Shown here: one piece after another, positions 1 through 11,849 of the stretch
Layout of the letters: each line of letters begins with the position of its first letter
How positions within the stretch are numbered: position 1 is the first letter of the stretch
Assembly (NCBI RefSeq): GCF_006345805.1
Contig: NC_043004.1
Span: 31,496,001 to 31,560,000 of the forward strand
Direction: 5' to 3'
Length of the DNA stretch: 64,000 nucleotides
DNA from: Octopus sinensis
Lineage: Eukaryota
Made by a program: the position numbers and the translations under genes
Notes under the pieces: generated by a model
Told to the model about the DNA's origin: nothing
What the model saw: only the letters and a program-made list of their open reading frames with translations
Database searches by the model: none

Positions 1-65
1 TAATCAAATTACCCTCTCCCTTGAACTTGCTGGCCTTGTGCCAAAATTTGAAACCAGTAATTTAA

Positions 66-1152
66 CCCTTTTGTTACCAAACCGCCCAAAGCCGCCCGAA
101 AAAGATTTTGGTTAATGTGACCAAACCGCCCAAAGCCGCCTGAATTTACCTATTCATATTTAAATGAGAATATCAGAGCAAATCTCTTTAGTATATTCGT
201 GAAAACACGTATTATACTTCGTAAACAGTTCAACTACAGTTTTGTACAATAATCGAAGTGTAATTTTAATTCCGTGAATTTTGGGAGATTTTTTTCCGAA
301 ATTTGTTCCTATTGTGTTTTCAAAATTTGTAATTCTGACAAAAAATGGATACGAATTTCATTATATCAAGCAGTGAGTCAGAATTCGAAGGCTTTTCTAC
401 TGAAGACCTTCATAAATCTAACTCTATGACTGAAAAAAAAAAGCATGTGGTATTTGATAATGAATCTGATGTTTCATTTTCCGAAAGTGAAAACAGTGAA
501 TCCGAGAGCTCCGACAGCGATAAAGAAAATGAATTGGCACCTGAATGGAGTGAAAATTTAAAAACTGTTTCTTTCGGTGATTTTTCTGAAGAAACTGGAC
601 CAAGCCACAGACTTTCCCAAGAGAGTAAAGCCTTAGACTATTTCTATTTACTTTTTCGAATGAGCCTATTTGAAATCATTACGGCAGAAACGAACCGTTA
701 CGCTAAACGTAAACAAAGTGAAAGAAGGGATAGTTTGTGGTTTCCCACAACCTTAAATGAAATTAAGACCATTTTGCCATAAATATTATTATGGGTATCA
801 GAAAGTTACCCAGAATAACAAATTCTATCGTAAAATTTTGTTGTATACCCAATTGAATATTAGCTAATAACCCATTTTCTATAGCGATGTTTGAACAAAA
901 TTTTAATAATTTTATATTTTGTTGAATTTACCTGTATCTACCTGCAATTAGAGTCACTTTGTGACAAAAATTATAGTATAGAATTGGTTGAGAATATTTC
1001 ATTAAATTATCTTCCAAAAATCAGATTAATATATTGATAAATAAAAAAAGTTATAGTTGTTTAATGAAACCAGACTAAATTTATGATTACGTTAGAAATT
1101 AATTGAAACACATAAGGGGTGTAATTTGGTCAGAAATATAGTAACGAAAGGG
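66..1152 (+). mobile_element. piggyBac-family internally deleted (non-autonomous) DNA transposon
   Basis: TTAA (62-65) then CCCTTTTGTTAC at the left end; GTAACGAAAGGG (1141-1152) then TTAC at the right end. A subterminal ACCAAACCGCCCAAAGCCGCC motif occurs twice. It carries a transposase N-terminal fragment. Confidence 0.8.
345..830 (+). pseudogene. piggyBac transposase N-terminal fragment (frameshifted, truncated)
   Basis: Acidic S/D/E-rich N-terminus, then ALDYFYLLF..ETNRYA..WFPTTLNEIK. After a frameshift near 775 it continues AINIIMGIRKLP, typical of piggyBac/PGBD transposases. No DDD catalytic region follows. Confidence 0.75.
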
Positions 1153-1342
1153 TTACGGTGTAAGTCAGAACTGGAATTTAGTTGCATATTGTTACATTCT
1201 GACCTTTCCTTTCACCCTTGCTGTGTTGGTAAATAAATTACAAGTCAAATACTGAAGTTGATTTAAAGACTATACCTCTCCACAAATTATTGTCTATGTT
1301 AACAATGAATATTTTAATTGGAGTAGCAGACAGATCACTTAG

Positions 1343-1550
1343 CCCTTTTGATATCAAGCAAGACCACCCCTGGTTCTGTGATACAATCTTCCTGTTTTAA
1401 AGTAGTCTAAGTTAAAACTTCCCATTAAAAGTTCATGTTGATTTATGTTCCAAACAGCTTAACAAAAACAGTTGTTTTACTAAATCCTTCACTATTTTTG
1501 AAATTGAAACAAAGATAGTGTATTTCAACAGAAATATGGTAACAAAAAAG
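1343..1550. mobile_element. piggyBac-derived MITE (~208 bp)
   Basis: Ends TTAG|CCCTTTTGATATC ... GGTAACAAAAAAG|TTAA. Its right end resembles the right end of the 66-1152 element. Confidence 0.6.
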
Positions 1551-2012
1551 TTAATGACATTAGTTTACTGATGTACCAGTGAACTGATGAACTAGCCTGC
1601 TATGGTATCAGTAGACCAATGATTATCACTGTACCAATGGTATAAGCCTACTGATAATACCACTGTAGTTATAGTATCAATTTGCTGATGGTATCAATCT
1701 ACTAATGGTCTCAATATTCTCTGATGACTCCTCTCCTTCAGTCATTAAATAAAGATGAAGTAGATCTTCAGTGTTGTCTTAGCTGTATTATTGCATTAGA
1801 TTATTGGTTATTATTGCATAACATTCTTGGTTATTATTACATTAGGTTATAGGTTTATTACTACTTTAGGTTTTAAGTTATTACTACATTAGATTATAAA
1901 TTATCATTACATTACACCAATTTGAGGGGTTTTTTAATGAACTAATTAAAATACTTTACATCATTATTATTTGCATGTTTTAATGTGTAACTCTTTTAAA
2001 TTATCTTTTCAG

Positions 2013-2052
2013 TCTTAAAGATGAAGAACTACAGAATCCACCACCGAAAAAG
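2013..2052 (+). CDS. RNASEH2B: RNase H2 subunit B, third-from-last coding exon (40 bp; xLKDEELQNPPPKK)
   Basis: Acceptor ttatcttttcag and donor gtaaca; phase 2 to 0. Aligns by eye to human ...LPNPPSKK and splices in frame to 5713. Confidence 0.75.
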
Positions 2053-2724
2053 GTAACATTATAAATTCACTTTTGTACAGTATCTATCTGAGAATTGTTT
2101 AGGAGTTTAGTTTCCTACACAATCATTATTCAGAGAAACAATACTGTTAAATAAGGACTTTCAAGCTATTTCATTACTTGGTGTTAACATCTCTGTGTTT
2201 TTCAATCAAGTCATGTTTATAACAATTCTGAAAAAAAAATGTATATTTTGCTGAAGATGTCTAATACAACAGAAACATGTGTTGAGTTGTTACCATAGAG
2301 CTTGGATTAGACTCACTACCTACTTCATTCCCAATTTTGGCCATCACAAGATTGCTGAAGTTGATGTCTACAACAAACATAGTATTGGAATCCACACAGA
2401 CAATATTACATTTTCATCTTCTCTTGTATTAGATGTATATGCATATATACATCTAATATGCATATATGATTTAATATATGTATATATGCATCTAACATAT
2501 GTATAGATATAGGGTGTTGAGCTGATAGAATCGTTAGCTCACTGGGCAAAATGGTTAGCATCATTTCATCCATCTTTACATTCTGAGTTCAAATTCTGCC
2601 AGGTTGACTTTGTCTTTCATCGTTTGTGGGTAGATAAAATAAGTACCAGTTGAACACTGAGGTTGATGTAATTGGCTTGTCTGCTCCTCCAAATTGCTGG
2701 CATTATGTCAAAATTTGAAACGAA

Positions 2725-2880
2725 TCTATCTACATAAATGTGTAATGGTGTCTGTCTGTGTCTGCATTTGTGGTTACTCTAACTCCGCCAACTGATTTTA
2801 ACGATTTTTGGCACATTGGTAGATCACATGCCCTGAAGATCAAATAAGGCTGGAATTTTTCAAAAACTCAATAATGCTCA
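2725..2880 (+). mobile_element. Helitron-like 5' terminal segment
   Basis: Begins TC, then tgtctgtctgtg...ctaactcc...actgattttaacgatttttggcac. Same architecture as the 5' end of the complete Helitron at 41577. Confidence 0.45.
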
Positions 2881-2989
2881 AATGGCATTGATTTTTGTGA
2901 GCTCAATTGGGCGTTTGAATGGAAATTCCCATAACGATGTTATTTTTCCTGCAGCTTTTGCATTTTTTGTCCGATTTTGATGAAAATCA

Positions 2990-4500
2990 ATGAGTGAGGC
3001 CCATGGCAGTGAGTTGGTGTCAGTATGTATGGCGTTGACAAAAAACCAATAATTGTGCCTGAGCAGTGGTTTTATAAAATCATTAGGCTTTTTTGCATGC
3101 AATTACCCATAGGGATTTTATTTTTGGCTGCAAAAGAAATTAAATTTCCCTTGTTCATCAATTCAAAATGTACAAGCAAAAGTAGAAAAAGTGCTGAATA
3201 CCTATGATAAATGTGTAAAGCAAGGAAAATACAATAGATTTAAAGGAATTTTTGACATCACAAAGGAAAACGGTGAATGGCTGTGTAGTGAGGATAGAAG
3301 GTTATATTATCTTCAAATTGAAAGCAAGGTACAGGTTGGGTATGGAACTGGAAAAGCAGCCAGTTCCAAAACTATCCATCCATCCAAAAGAAAAGTGTCT
3401 TTAGTGCCAACTTCAACCGGAGCAACTCCAGTGTCATTGTCAACATCTGAAGCAGAAACTGGAAGTGAAAATCAAGAGTCCAAAAAATCAGAAAGACAAG
3501 GAGGAAGTATAACAAAACTGGAACTGCTGCCAAGTTAGTAATGTCTTCCGAGCTATCAACCCAAAAAGCAGCAACAGTTTGTCAACAATTATCTCAAGAT
3601 GGAATCAATATCGCGACTCCATCCCAACCTGGTATTTACAGAATGACTATCAAAGAAGCTGCTAAACTAAAAAAAAAAAAGAAAATGAAGAAAACGTTAC
3701 ATTTAGAAAACTGGTCATTGCATTTTGATGGTAAATGTATTGATGACCAAGAATACCAAGTGCTAGTTTTAAAGAATGAACAGGGAGAAGTTAAGTTAGA
3801 AGCACTTCAATCACCAAACAGAAAAACCAATACTGTTGTGAAAGGAATAACAGCTGTTTTAGATAAATACAATTTATGGAACTGTGTAAAGATGATTGTC
3901 GCTGATACAACGAGTGTGAACACTGGGAAAAGAAATGGCATTGTCATTCGGTTGCAAAGACTGTTTGCTCAAAGGGGGTTGAAAGAACTGCAATGTATTG
4001 GTTGTCAGAATCATATCCTTGATAGAGTTCTTTGTGTTGTAATGGATAATAAACTTGGAGAAAAAAAAGTCATCTCCCAGTATTGAATATACATTCATCC
4101 CAGAGTTTCTAAGTAATTACAAGAAACACCAGGCGGATTTCAACAATGGTGAAGAAAAGATTACTGAATCAGCAGGATGGCGAGATGACATGAAATTTCT
4201 ATTTTATTTGACCAGAGATTTTCATTTCTTTGAAGAAACTGACAAATTTCCCACTGTAAAGTTTAAAAAAATACCCAACTTAAGTAATGCAAGATGGAAT
4301 TCTCGAGCAATATTAGCTCTTTTGGCATTTATTCTTCTACCAGAGAAAAGAGTTTTGCTTCTTAATGTTTGCTGATTTATCTCTTACAGCTGAGCAGATT
4401 TTTGGCTTACTGGTCAAATGTTCAGTGCACATCTTCAGAAGTTATATGATAGCCTGCAAGTTTATAAAAAAGCATTGAACTCTGTAAAAAACTTTTGGGT
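2990..4500 (+). pseudogene. Degenerate, 3'-truncated DDE transposase, hAT-superfamily-like (hATm-type)
   Basis: Track ORFs 3191-3538, 3541-4086 and 4055-4375 join through stops and frameshifts. Motifs: LHFDGK (first D), MIVADTTSVNTG (second D), CQNH (CxxH), GWRDDM, ARW. No third acidic ERA motif before the break at ~4500. Confidence 0.6.
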
Positions 4501-4554
4501 TGTTTAAATAAAATATTAGTAATATGTTGTAGATAGAAGGATCTATTGGAAGGG

Positions 4555-4714
4555 CCCTATTATCGAGTTTTTGAATGATCTAAGTATGTCACGAGGTTTC
4601 CAGACATGAGTTCTACTCACATGTCAAGTTTTATCAAAATCAATTAAACGATGTAGGAGGAGTTAGCTAACAATGCCACAAACAAACATACACCGATTTT
4701 CCACATATGTAAGA
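4555..4714 (-). mobile_element. Helitron-like 5' terminal segment (inverted relative to 2725)
   Basis: Reverse complement reads TC-TTACATATG...tgtttgtttgtg...ctaactcctcc...attgattttgataaaacttg...ttcaaaaactcgataat. Confidence 0.45.
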
Positions 4715-4739
4715 TATATATATATATATATATAAAAGG

Positions 4740-5115
4740 TCAAAATGCCACCTGTACTGGAGGCATGGAAAGAACACCTTTCGAGCATTGGGCCTCATGG
4801 AGTCAAAGTGGTTGAATTCCTTTTGAGTGTTGGGCCTCATAGAGGAAATGATCGAGACTTTTGGCATTATGTCATGCTTGAGAAGACCCATCAAACCGAG
4901 CAAAATCGCAGTTGTGGCAGATACCAGTGTCATGCAAATTGGCACATAAAAGCACCCATTACATTCTTGGAGTAGTTAGTGTTAGGAAGGGCATCCAGCT
5001 GTAGAGAACCATACCAAATCAGACGGGAGCCTGGTGCAACTTTCCAGTGTGCCAGCCTGGTCAAACTGTCCAACCCATGCCAGCATGGACAACAGAGGTT
5101 AAATGATGATGATGT
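4740..5115 (+). mobile_element. RTE-tail / SINE-like repeat
   Basis: Shares the block aaagcaccc..tacactct.ggagtggttgg.gttaggaagggcatccagctgtagaaacc...ccatccaacccatgccagcatgga...(gat)n with copies ending near 12975, 26105, 39060, 46800 and 48650. Confidence 0.75.
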
Positions 5116-5139
5116 CAATTCATATTTGTGCTTCTTGCT

Positions 5140-5520
5140 TTTGTAGTTATCTTTTACTTGTTTCAGTCATTAAACTGTTCCCGTGCTAAGGCACCACCTT
5201 GATGAATGTATTGACTCTAATACTTATTTTTTAAAATCCTTGTACTTATTCTATCAATCTCTTTTACTGAACTGCTAAGTTACGTGAGATGTAAACACAC
5301 CAACACCAGTTGTCAAGCAGTGCTTAGGGAGAAACAAAGACACTCACACACATATATATGTATACTTATATATCATGGGCTTCTTTCAGCTTCTGTCTTC
5401 TAAATCCTGGTCAACCCAAGGCTATAGTAGAAGACACTTGTTCTAGGTGCCTTGCAGTGGGACTGAATACTGAACCATGTGGTTTGGTAGCAAGCTTCTT
5501 ACCACACAGCCATGCTTACA
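5140..5520 (-). mobile_element. tRNA-derived SINE, decayed copy (family B, as at 61954)
   Basis: Similar to 17880-18303 and 59572-59988. Confidence 0.7.
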
Positions 5521-5712
5521 CCTTATATTTTCTCAATAAATTCAACTACATTTCTTCACATATTAACTAAATTAGTTTTATTAACGTGGCCTTCTTTTTA
5601 AATTATGCTTAATTGAATGGGACCTTCAAATATAAGAATTTTCCCCACCCCTTGTGTAGGCCATTCTTTGAAAAGTGTGAAGTTATTTGTTTATGTAATT
5701 ATCTAATTACAG

Positions 5713-5787
5713 AAAATTAAAATTGATAATTCTTTGGGGCCATCTGAAGATTATAGCCAGATGAAGAAAACCACAGAACAAACTAAA
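5713..5787 (+). CDS. RNASEH2B: RNase H2 subunit B, penultimate coding exon (75 bp; KIKIDNSLGPSEDYSQMKKTTEQTK)
   Basis: Acceptor ctaattacag and donor gtaaat; phase 0 to 0. Matches human KIKLSDEPVEAKEDYTKF...KTEK, including the EDY motif. Confidence 0.8.
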
Positions 5788-5961
5788 GTAAATGGAAACT
5801 TTTTTTTTATTTGCATATTGAACGTTTTTTCAAATGTCACCACCACCATCATCATGATCATCATCATTATATCATCACATAGTCATTGTCATCATCATCA
5901 CATATACTTTTGTAATTATTGTTGTTGCTATAAACAAGATAATAATAATAAATTTATTGTA

Positions 5962-6042
5962 CAGGGTGTCCACAAAGTCTGGGTACATGGGGATTAACAC
6001 ATACTTTAAGAAATTATTATTTCTTACTTTGTGGACACCCTG
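5962..6042. mobile_element. 81-bp Tc1/mariner-type MITE
   Basis: Perfect 17-bp TIRs CAGGGTGTCCACAAAGT / ACTTTGTGGACACCCTG, flanked by TA on both sides. Confidence 0.85.
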
Positions 6043-6249
6043 TATACATTGCTCAGATGCTCTACGACCTGTCAGAAAAGGGTAAAAGATGGGACAGAAA
6101 GCTGTAATAACTCAAGTAAAGGAAGATGACATTGAAAGCTGAAAGTGTGTTTTTAGTGTGCAGGATCAAGCACAAACAGGCTAAAAAGTGAACAGTCAAA
6201 GAGCCATAAAGAGGAAAATGTGCTTAGGTGTGTCAGGAGTAGTGCTGGG

Positions 6250-7090
6250 GAATTTCAGGAAGCATGGAATTTTTGAAGAATACATTATCTTGACAGCTAA
6301 ACAACTGATGCAGATTGTTTATTCCATGCTTTGAGAATACTGAGAATGAAAACAATTCTTCTAAAAGTCGTGAGTGCTGCATTATTTTTTGATTCTATAA
6401 TCATGTCCATGAGTGGTATTGAATTCAGAAAGGTGACAAAAGTTATTGTTGGAAGGATGGTGGATAATCATGTGGCCTTTACCAAGTCAGCTGCTACATG
6501 TTGAACCTTTGGTGTGTCAATATCTAGAGAAGTAGTATGTTCAAGATACATTAAGTACCTGACAGTGGATGCTTGGTTGCATGTCTCTGGACAGCTTCTA
6601 GTAGATTGATATTCTGGACAAGATGGGAGTTCCAGACTGGAGATGCACAAGGTATTTCAGTAGATAGAAGGTAAGTGGCTGATAAAGGTCTTACTGAGTG
6701 AGGTTAAGACACCTTCAACCTTTTTGATGATTTTAGAAATGTTTCATCCAACACTGATCATTGTTGACAACAATGCTTTAGTCACTGGTGTTGAGAAGTT
6801 GGTGTTAATTCCAGGATTTTCCTCTCAAAATGTCGCTGTGCATTTGTCTACTGCCAACTTGAGTTGCCAGTCAGCTGTCATCATCATCGGCTTCACTTAT
6901 TTCAGACACATTTACCCAAAACTACTTTTCAATAAATAGCCTTACTGTTTGGATTACCGTTGAGAATCCAAGTCTCTTTCTCTTGGAGATAGTTTGAGGT
7001 CATCCTCAATTTATTTTCGCCTTGGTTTTGGTAAGCTCATAGGTAGGCTTAGATTTTCTCAGAATACTTGTCAGAGAGATTAGTGCAGTG
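6250..7090 (-). mobile_element. CR1-clade LINE, decayed RT C-terminal fragment
   Basis: Minus-strand translation across frameshifts gives WQLKLAVDKC, HISKIIKKVEGVL, SPVWN...QNINLLEAVQRHATK and DID..K...AADL..AH, typical of CR1 ORF2 after the RT core. Confidence 0.65.
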
Positions 7091-8229
7091 ATAAAAAGTA
7101 ATGGAGAAAGTAAATCTCCCTGGAACATCCACTTGTGTATTTTCAAATATTCTAATGATTCATTTGTGTATGTTATTATTTTGTTGTTGTTGTTGTTGGA
7201 TGAAACATTCAGGGATGTTTGGCTTCATGACTGGCACGAACTTATTAGATTTTCGGATCGATCCGGTACCGGACAAGGATTCTGGACTATTTGTTACATT
7301 CACTTTACATGATGTATTAAGAGTTTATGTTGATTTTCAAGTCTTTCTATGATTATCTCCCTTGAAAGCATGCTCATAGTTTCCTCGTAAGTTATGGTGG
7401 CGTTGCTGTTTCCAAAGTTTTAATTTTGTTTCTCTATTATTAATTTTACTCGCATCTCTATTTTAGTAGAAACTGAAGGATAAAGAAATCAAACTACATA
7501 AACAAACGGTAGCAAAACCGTTCAGAAATTAAATAACACTAACATATTCAGTAACAATAATAAATTTAATTTATCCTCGACAATTTTTAGTTTTACCAAT
7601 TTTGGATATATCGCTCCTGTTTAAAACCTGTTACCTACTTGACAATTGCATTTCTAGCTCTGCTTTGAAGGAAGCTTTACTTCTTGGACTCCCGTTTTTG
7701 TGCACAACGATGTTGTTAAACCTCCATTAACAGCACCATATGCATATCCTTTCTGTTTTCTTTCGCACATGGATAAATTTTTCACTATAGACCTTAATGA
7801 TCATAAAGACACTATATCAGTGGATAGACTAAAAAAAGGCCTTCATAGAGAAAATTATCCCTGTTCCCACTATAGATGACACACACACACAGCATTACAA
7901 ACATGTCTCACACACCCACCTTCACATTCCATGACTACCATTGGGATCAATCAGGTACTGGACAAGGATTCTGGATTATTTTCCCTTTTTTTTACTTACT
8001 TTTGAGAGCGGTCGGCTCCATTTTTAGTATTCTCGTTTGTGAGAGCAGTCGAGTTTATTTCAGATATTCTCATTTTAAAAATCATCTCTGACTAATTGTT
8101 GAGAGAACGTTGGTGTTGCCTTGTTATTATTATTATGTTTGGTTTTTTGCTTTTTATTTGTACAAGTTGACTCCAAGTCTCACCCTGTGACCTCAAGAGA
8201 CAACAAGTTAGAAGTTCAAGTTGGTGTTA

Positions 8230-8480
8230 TGACCAGGGTGCCATATATTTGGTTTTGCACAGAGTATTGTTCTAGAGAATATCTGTCAAAACATAAGTAA
8301 ATTAAAGGTTTGTTTTAAAAGTAATTTGATTATAAGATGATAGTCTGGTGTTAAAATAAAGTAAAAAGTGTTTGCTGTTATGTACATTTAAAAGTATTTT
8401 GACATTGTTTACAGATTAAAATATTTTGGGGATTACATAGACAATGTTTTATGTAGGATATGGGCAGTTCCCATGAGCAT
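8230..8480 (-). mobile_element. R4/Dong-like LINE 3' end fragment
   Basis: Minus strand ends LMGTAHILHKTLSM*, the characteristic ORF terminus of R4/Dong-type elements. Confidence 0.5.
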
Positions 8481-8845
8481 TATTTTTTTGAATTTCTTGG
8501 TATCTGAGCCATGTAGCAATCAGCCCCTTTTGCTATCATTCATAGGGCACCTATGACAACAGGTATAGTTTTAATTTTTCCAATTTCTATTTCAAGATCT
8601 TTATACTTGCTCAGTTTTTGGTAGGTCTTGACAGATACATTCATGTCGATTGGGACAGTCATATCGATGAGGAGGCATACTTTTTGTCTGAAGTCCTTCA
8701 ATATAATGTCTAGCTTATTTGTTGTTGTTGTGATGATGATGATGAGGAGGAGGAGGATGGTGATGGTGATTATTATTATTATTCAAAAACAGTTCGTAAA
8801 AAATATAATTTACTTTCTTGTTTTTATTTTTTGTTTTTATTTTAG

Positions 8846-8941
8846 AGTCAGAAACAGACATTGGCCCAAAAGAAACTCAGCCAAGTTGATAAATCAGGAA
8901 TGAAGTCAATCTCTAGTTTCTTTTTGAAATCAAAATCTTAA
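8846..8941 (+). CDS. RNASEH2B: RNase H2 subunit B, last coding exon ([31 protein letters not shown])
   Basis: Strong acceptor ttttatttttag; TAA at 8939-8941. The peptide matches the human C-terminus [22 protein letters not shown], which holds the PCNA-interacting PIP box. Confidence 0.92.
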   Translation, partial: [31 protein letters not shown]

Positions 8942-9039
8942 CCGAATTCCAATTCTAGTTACTGGTATAGCTGCTTAATTAGAGCAACATGTGTTAATAG
9001 CACAACACACTAATGCAATGCATTAGGACTAGTATTATA

Positions 9040-9075
9040 TAATGTACATGTGTGTGTGTGTGTTTGTATGTATGT

Positions 9076-9133
<58 letters not shown>

Positions 9134-9200
9134 ACTCACATGTATATATCTACGTATACTATATAATATATATATATATGTATACACACACACATACATA

Positions 9201-9247
<47 letters not shown>

Positions 9248-9275
9248 GTATATACTATATTATATATATATATGT
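9040..9275. repeat. Compound (TG)n/(TA)n microsatellite
   Basis: Seen directly; it generates the spurious YI/CV-rich ORFs at 9042 and 9052. Confidence 0.95.
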
Positions 9276-9592
9276 ACACAGACACATGTTTGTTTCATTC
9301 AGCTGATATATTATTAACAATATATCAAACACATTAGTGTTAGTAGCTGAGTTTAACTGTACCAGTGTTATAAAATATTTTACTCTTTGTAGAGCTGAGA
9401 TCTTACTTGATTACTTGAGACATAAATGAAATACATCACTACATGACCTAATTTTTGATTCAGGAAGGATATAAGAGAATATGTAAGTGTAAAATTGTAT
9501 TTAGATCAAGTATTTGAAAGATTGTGATATAAGAGTGTGGATTGCCTTCTTTCATGAAATTTTTGTAGTCCATTTTAAAAGATATTCTTGAG

Positions 9593-9598
9593 AATAAA
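9593..9598 (+). promoter_or_regulatory. Candidate polyadenylation signal (AATAAA) for RNASEH2B
   Basis: AATAAA ~650 bp after the stop, followed by T-rich sequence; not verified by transcripts. Confidence 0.35.
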
Positions 9599-9686
9599 AA
9601 TTCTACAATTTTATTTATCTGTTATTGTTTATTTGTTTTAGTCAATGGACTGTGACCATGCTGGGGCATGGTATTACCCCCAATAC

Positions 9687-9918
9687 GGCGAGCGAGCTGG
9701 TAGAAACGTTAGCACGCCGGACGAAATGCTTAGCGGTATTTTGTCTGCATTACGTTGTGAGTTCAAATTCCGCCGAGGTCGACTTTGCCTTTCATCCTTT
9801 CGGGGTCGATAAATTAAGTACCAGTTACGCACTGGAGGTCGATGTAATCGACTTAATACCTATGTCTGTCCTTGTTTGTCCCCTCTGTGTTTAGCCCCTT
9901 GTGGGTAATAAAGAAATA
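9687..9918 (+). mobile_element. tRNA-related SINE (family A), full length, 17-bp TSD
   Basis: GGTATTACCCCCAATAC is duplicated at 9670-9686 and 9919-9935. B-box-like GAGTTCAAATTCC. Near-identical to 52207-52434. Confidence 0.9.
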
Positions 9919-10078
9919 GGTATTACCCCCAATACTTATTTATCTTATGCCCAATAAGGTGTATGGGATAACAACCCCTCTGAACAGTATATATATAGTA
10001 CTCAAATGTGTTTTGGGGAAATGTCTAACAACTGTAATATTTTCAATAAAAAACATTATTTCTGAGGTCTTGTGTATA

Positions 10079-10926
10079 TGAGGTCTGATTGGACTGTTGC
10101 CATGGTAATAAGGCTAAAGCATGCAGAGTGGGGCCGCTTGGCGCAGATTGACCTTAATCTCTGCTGGGCATGTGCACTAGGTTTTGGCATTCTGGCTCAC
10201 TTCTACTGTTTGCAGCGGTGCTTTGAAGTAATGTGATTGTTGCATTGACCATGACAGAAAAAGTTGTCATGGTGAGACTTGTGCAAAGTTGCAGAAAGTG
10301 TATGGAGATGAGTGTATGGGCTGTGCACAAGTGTACGAGTGGTTCAGACCTTTCCAAGATGGCTGAAAAAATGTTGATAGTGATGAATGTTCTGGAGCAC
10401 CTGCAAGCAGCAGAACAGAAAAACATCAGAGATGTGCATGCAGCTGTGAGGGGAAATCGTTGAATTACCATTCATGAGTTATTAGAGGATGTGCATATTA
10501 GTTACGGTTCAGTTCTCTCCATGAAGATTTGGGTATGAGACACATGTCTGCCAAGTTTGTGCCAAAATTGCTTTCAGCTAACCAAAAGGTCACTTGAGTT
10601 TTAATTGCACAAAATCCCATTGATTGTCAAGAACAATGAAAACTTTTTTAAAATTTTGTGTAGGTCTCTGAGCAGGTATCGTCAAGCTTTTGGCAAAATT
10701 TGATGCAAATTCCCTGCTCAACTCTCTGTCATGGTCAATGTGATGAACACGCGCTACACATGTTACTTCCAAGCACTGCTGTGAACGGTGGAAGTGAGCT
10801 GGAATATTGAAACTTGATGCATATGCACAGCAGAGGTCAGGGTCAGTCTATGCCAGTCGGCTTCGCTCTGTAGGCTTTGGCTTCATTGCTATGGCAACAG
10901 TACAGTTACTTACTGATCAAACCACC
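10079..10926 (+). mobile_element. mariner element, internally deleted
   Basis: Imperfect ~55-bp TIRs (actgttgccatggtaataaggctaaagcatgcagag, with its complement at 10865-10905) and TA flanks. Transposase HTH remnant YGDECMGCAQVYEWF..FQDG...RDVHAAVRGNR.ITIHEL...GM..MSAKFVPKLL. Confidence 0.75.
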
Positions 10927-11049
10927 TATTCACTCTGATTTCTGGAGGGAATGTTATTGTTAACACCTAAAAGAAGATGCTTCTTTTTCTATCCACCTTT
11001 GTTGAATGCAACTTTGACCAGGAGAAACTGATGTCATACAGTATTCAAT

Positions 11050-11770
11050 GATCATTTGATGTTTTAACTCTGAATCATAACCCCCTCCTGAAGGTTGGTC
11101 TGCACACCATCTCTTCCTGGCTTCCAGCTTAACTCCTTGCTCTTGAATTCAAAGCCAACTGCCTCTCCCATCCTGTTCACAGCTACCTTTGCTCTAATTT
11201 CAATGACTAAGCATCCTCCATACTAACTGGGTAGGGGATCCCTTTCAGCCAAACTCAACAATGTATAGTCGTAGGCTTGCTCCCATTCAAAGGCTTGACT
11301 GCAACCTACTTCCCACAGGACTGTGCTGGATCTAGGTTATTTTTATTATCATTTTCTTTTCAGATCCCAACACATCTGGCCTCAGGCTTGTCTGAAAAAT
11401 TCAGGCAAGTTGCAGTTTTTCCTCCCAGTTCTACTTTTATATCCTCTAACTGGCCTCCTTGTAGTAGACTGCTTGTCTTTTTTTTTGCTGTCATCACTAT
11501 TGGTGTTTCTTGCATCTTTGCTGTGAGTGATTGTTGCAAGCACCTTAAGAAGGTCCCATTTGTATCTCCCTTGAATAAATGCTGTTTTACACCCTGACAT
11601 GTTCCAGGGTGCTGCTCACTCCACAAAGTCTACATAGCTGATCCCCTTTCACTCTCCTGTGCATGTTTGTTGGTAATGGGAGTGTGCCATAACACTGTCT
11701 GCAGTAGGGAAATCTAGCAAGGTTCTAATCTCCATAGGTCAGTCGATGTGACCCTTTTGTAACTCCAGGG
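11050..11770 (-). mobile_element. HERO/NeSL-like REL-endonuclease non-LTR retrotransposon, C-terminal fragment
   Basis: Minus strand across frameshifts: LWRLEP..., DQLCRLCGVSSTLEH.MSGCKTAFIQGRYKW (CCHC knuckle), then VLWEVGCSQAFE (VPWEEGC-like REL motif). Confidence 0.6.
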
Positions 11771-11809
11771 ATACTAGCTCCTCACCTCTTGACCTTTCTT
11801 CCTCCTGGT

Positions 11810-11848
<39 letters not shown>

Positions 11849-11849
11849 C

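Noticed and set aside
1560-1920. Short degenerate repeats (~18-bp and ~25-bp units) upstream of the 40-bp RNASEH2B exon
   Set aside because: Low-complexity and poorly conserved; nothing distinguishes them from ordinary minisatellite decay.
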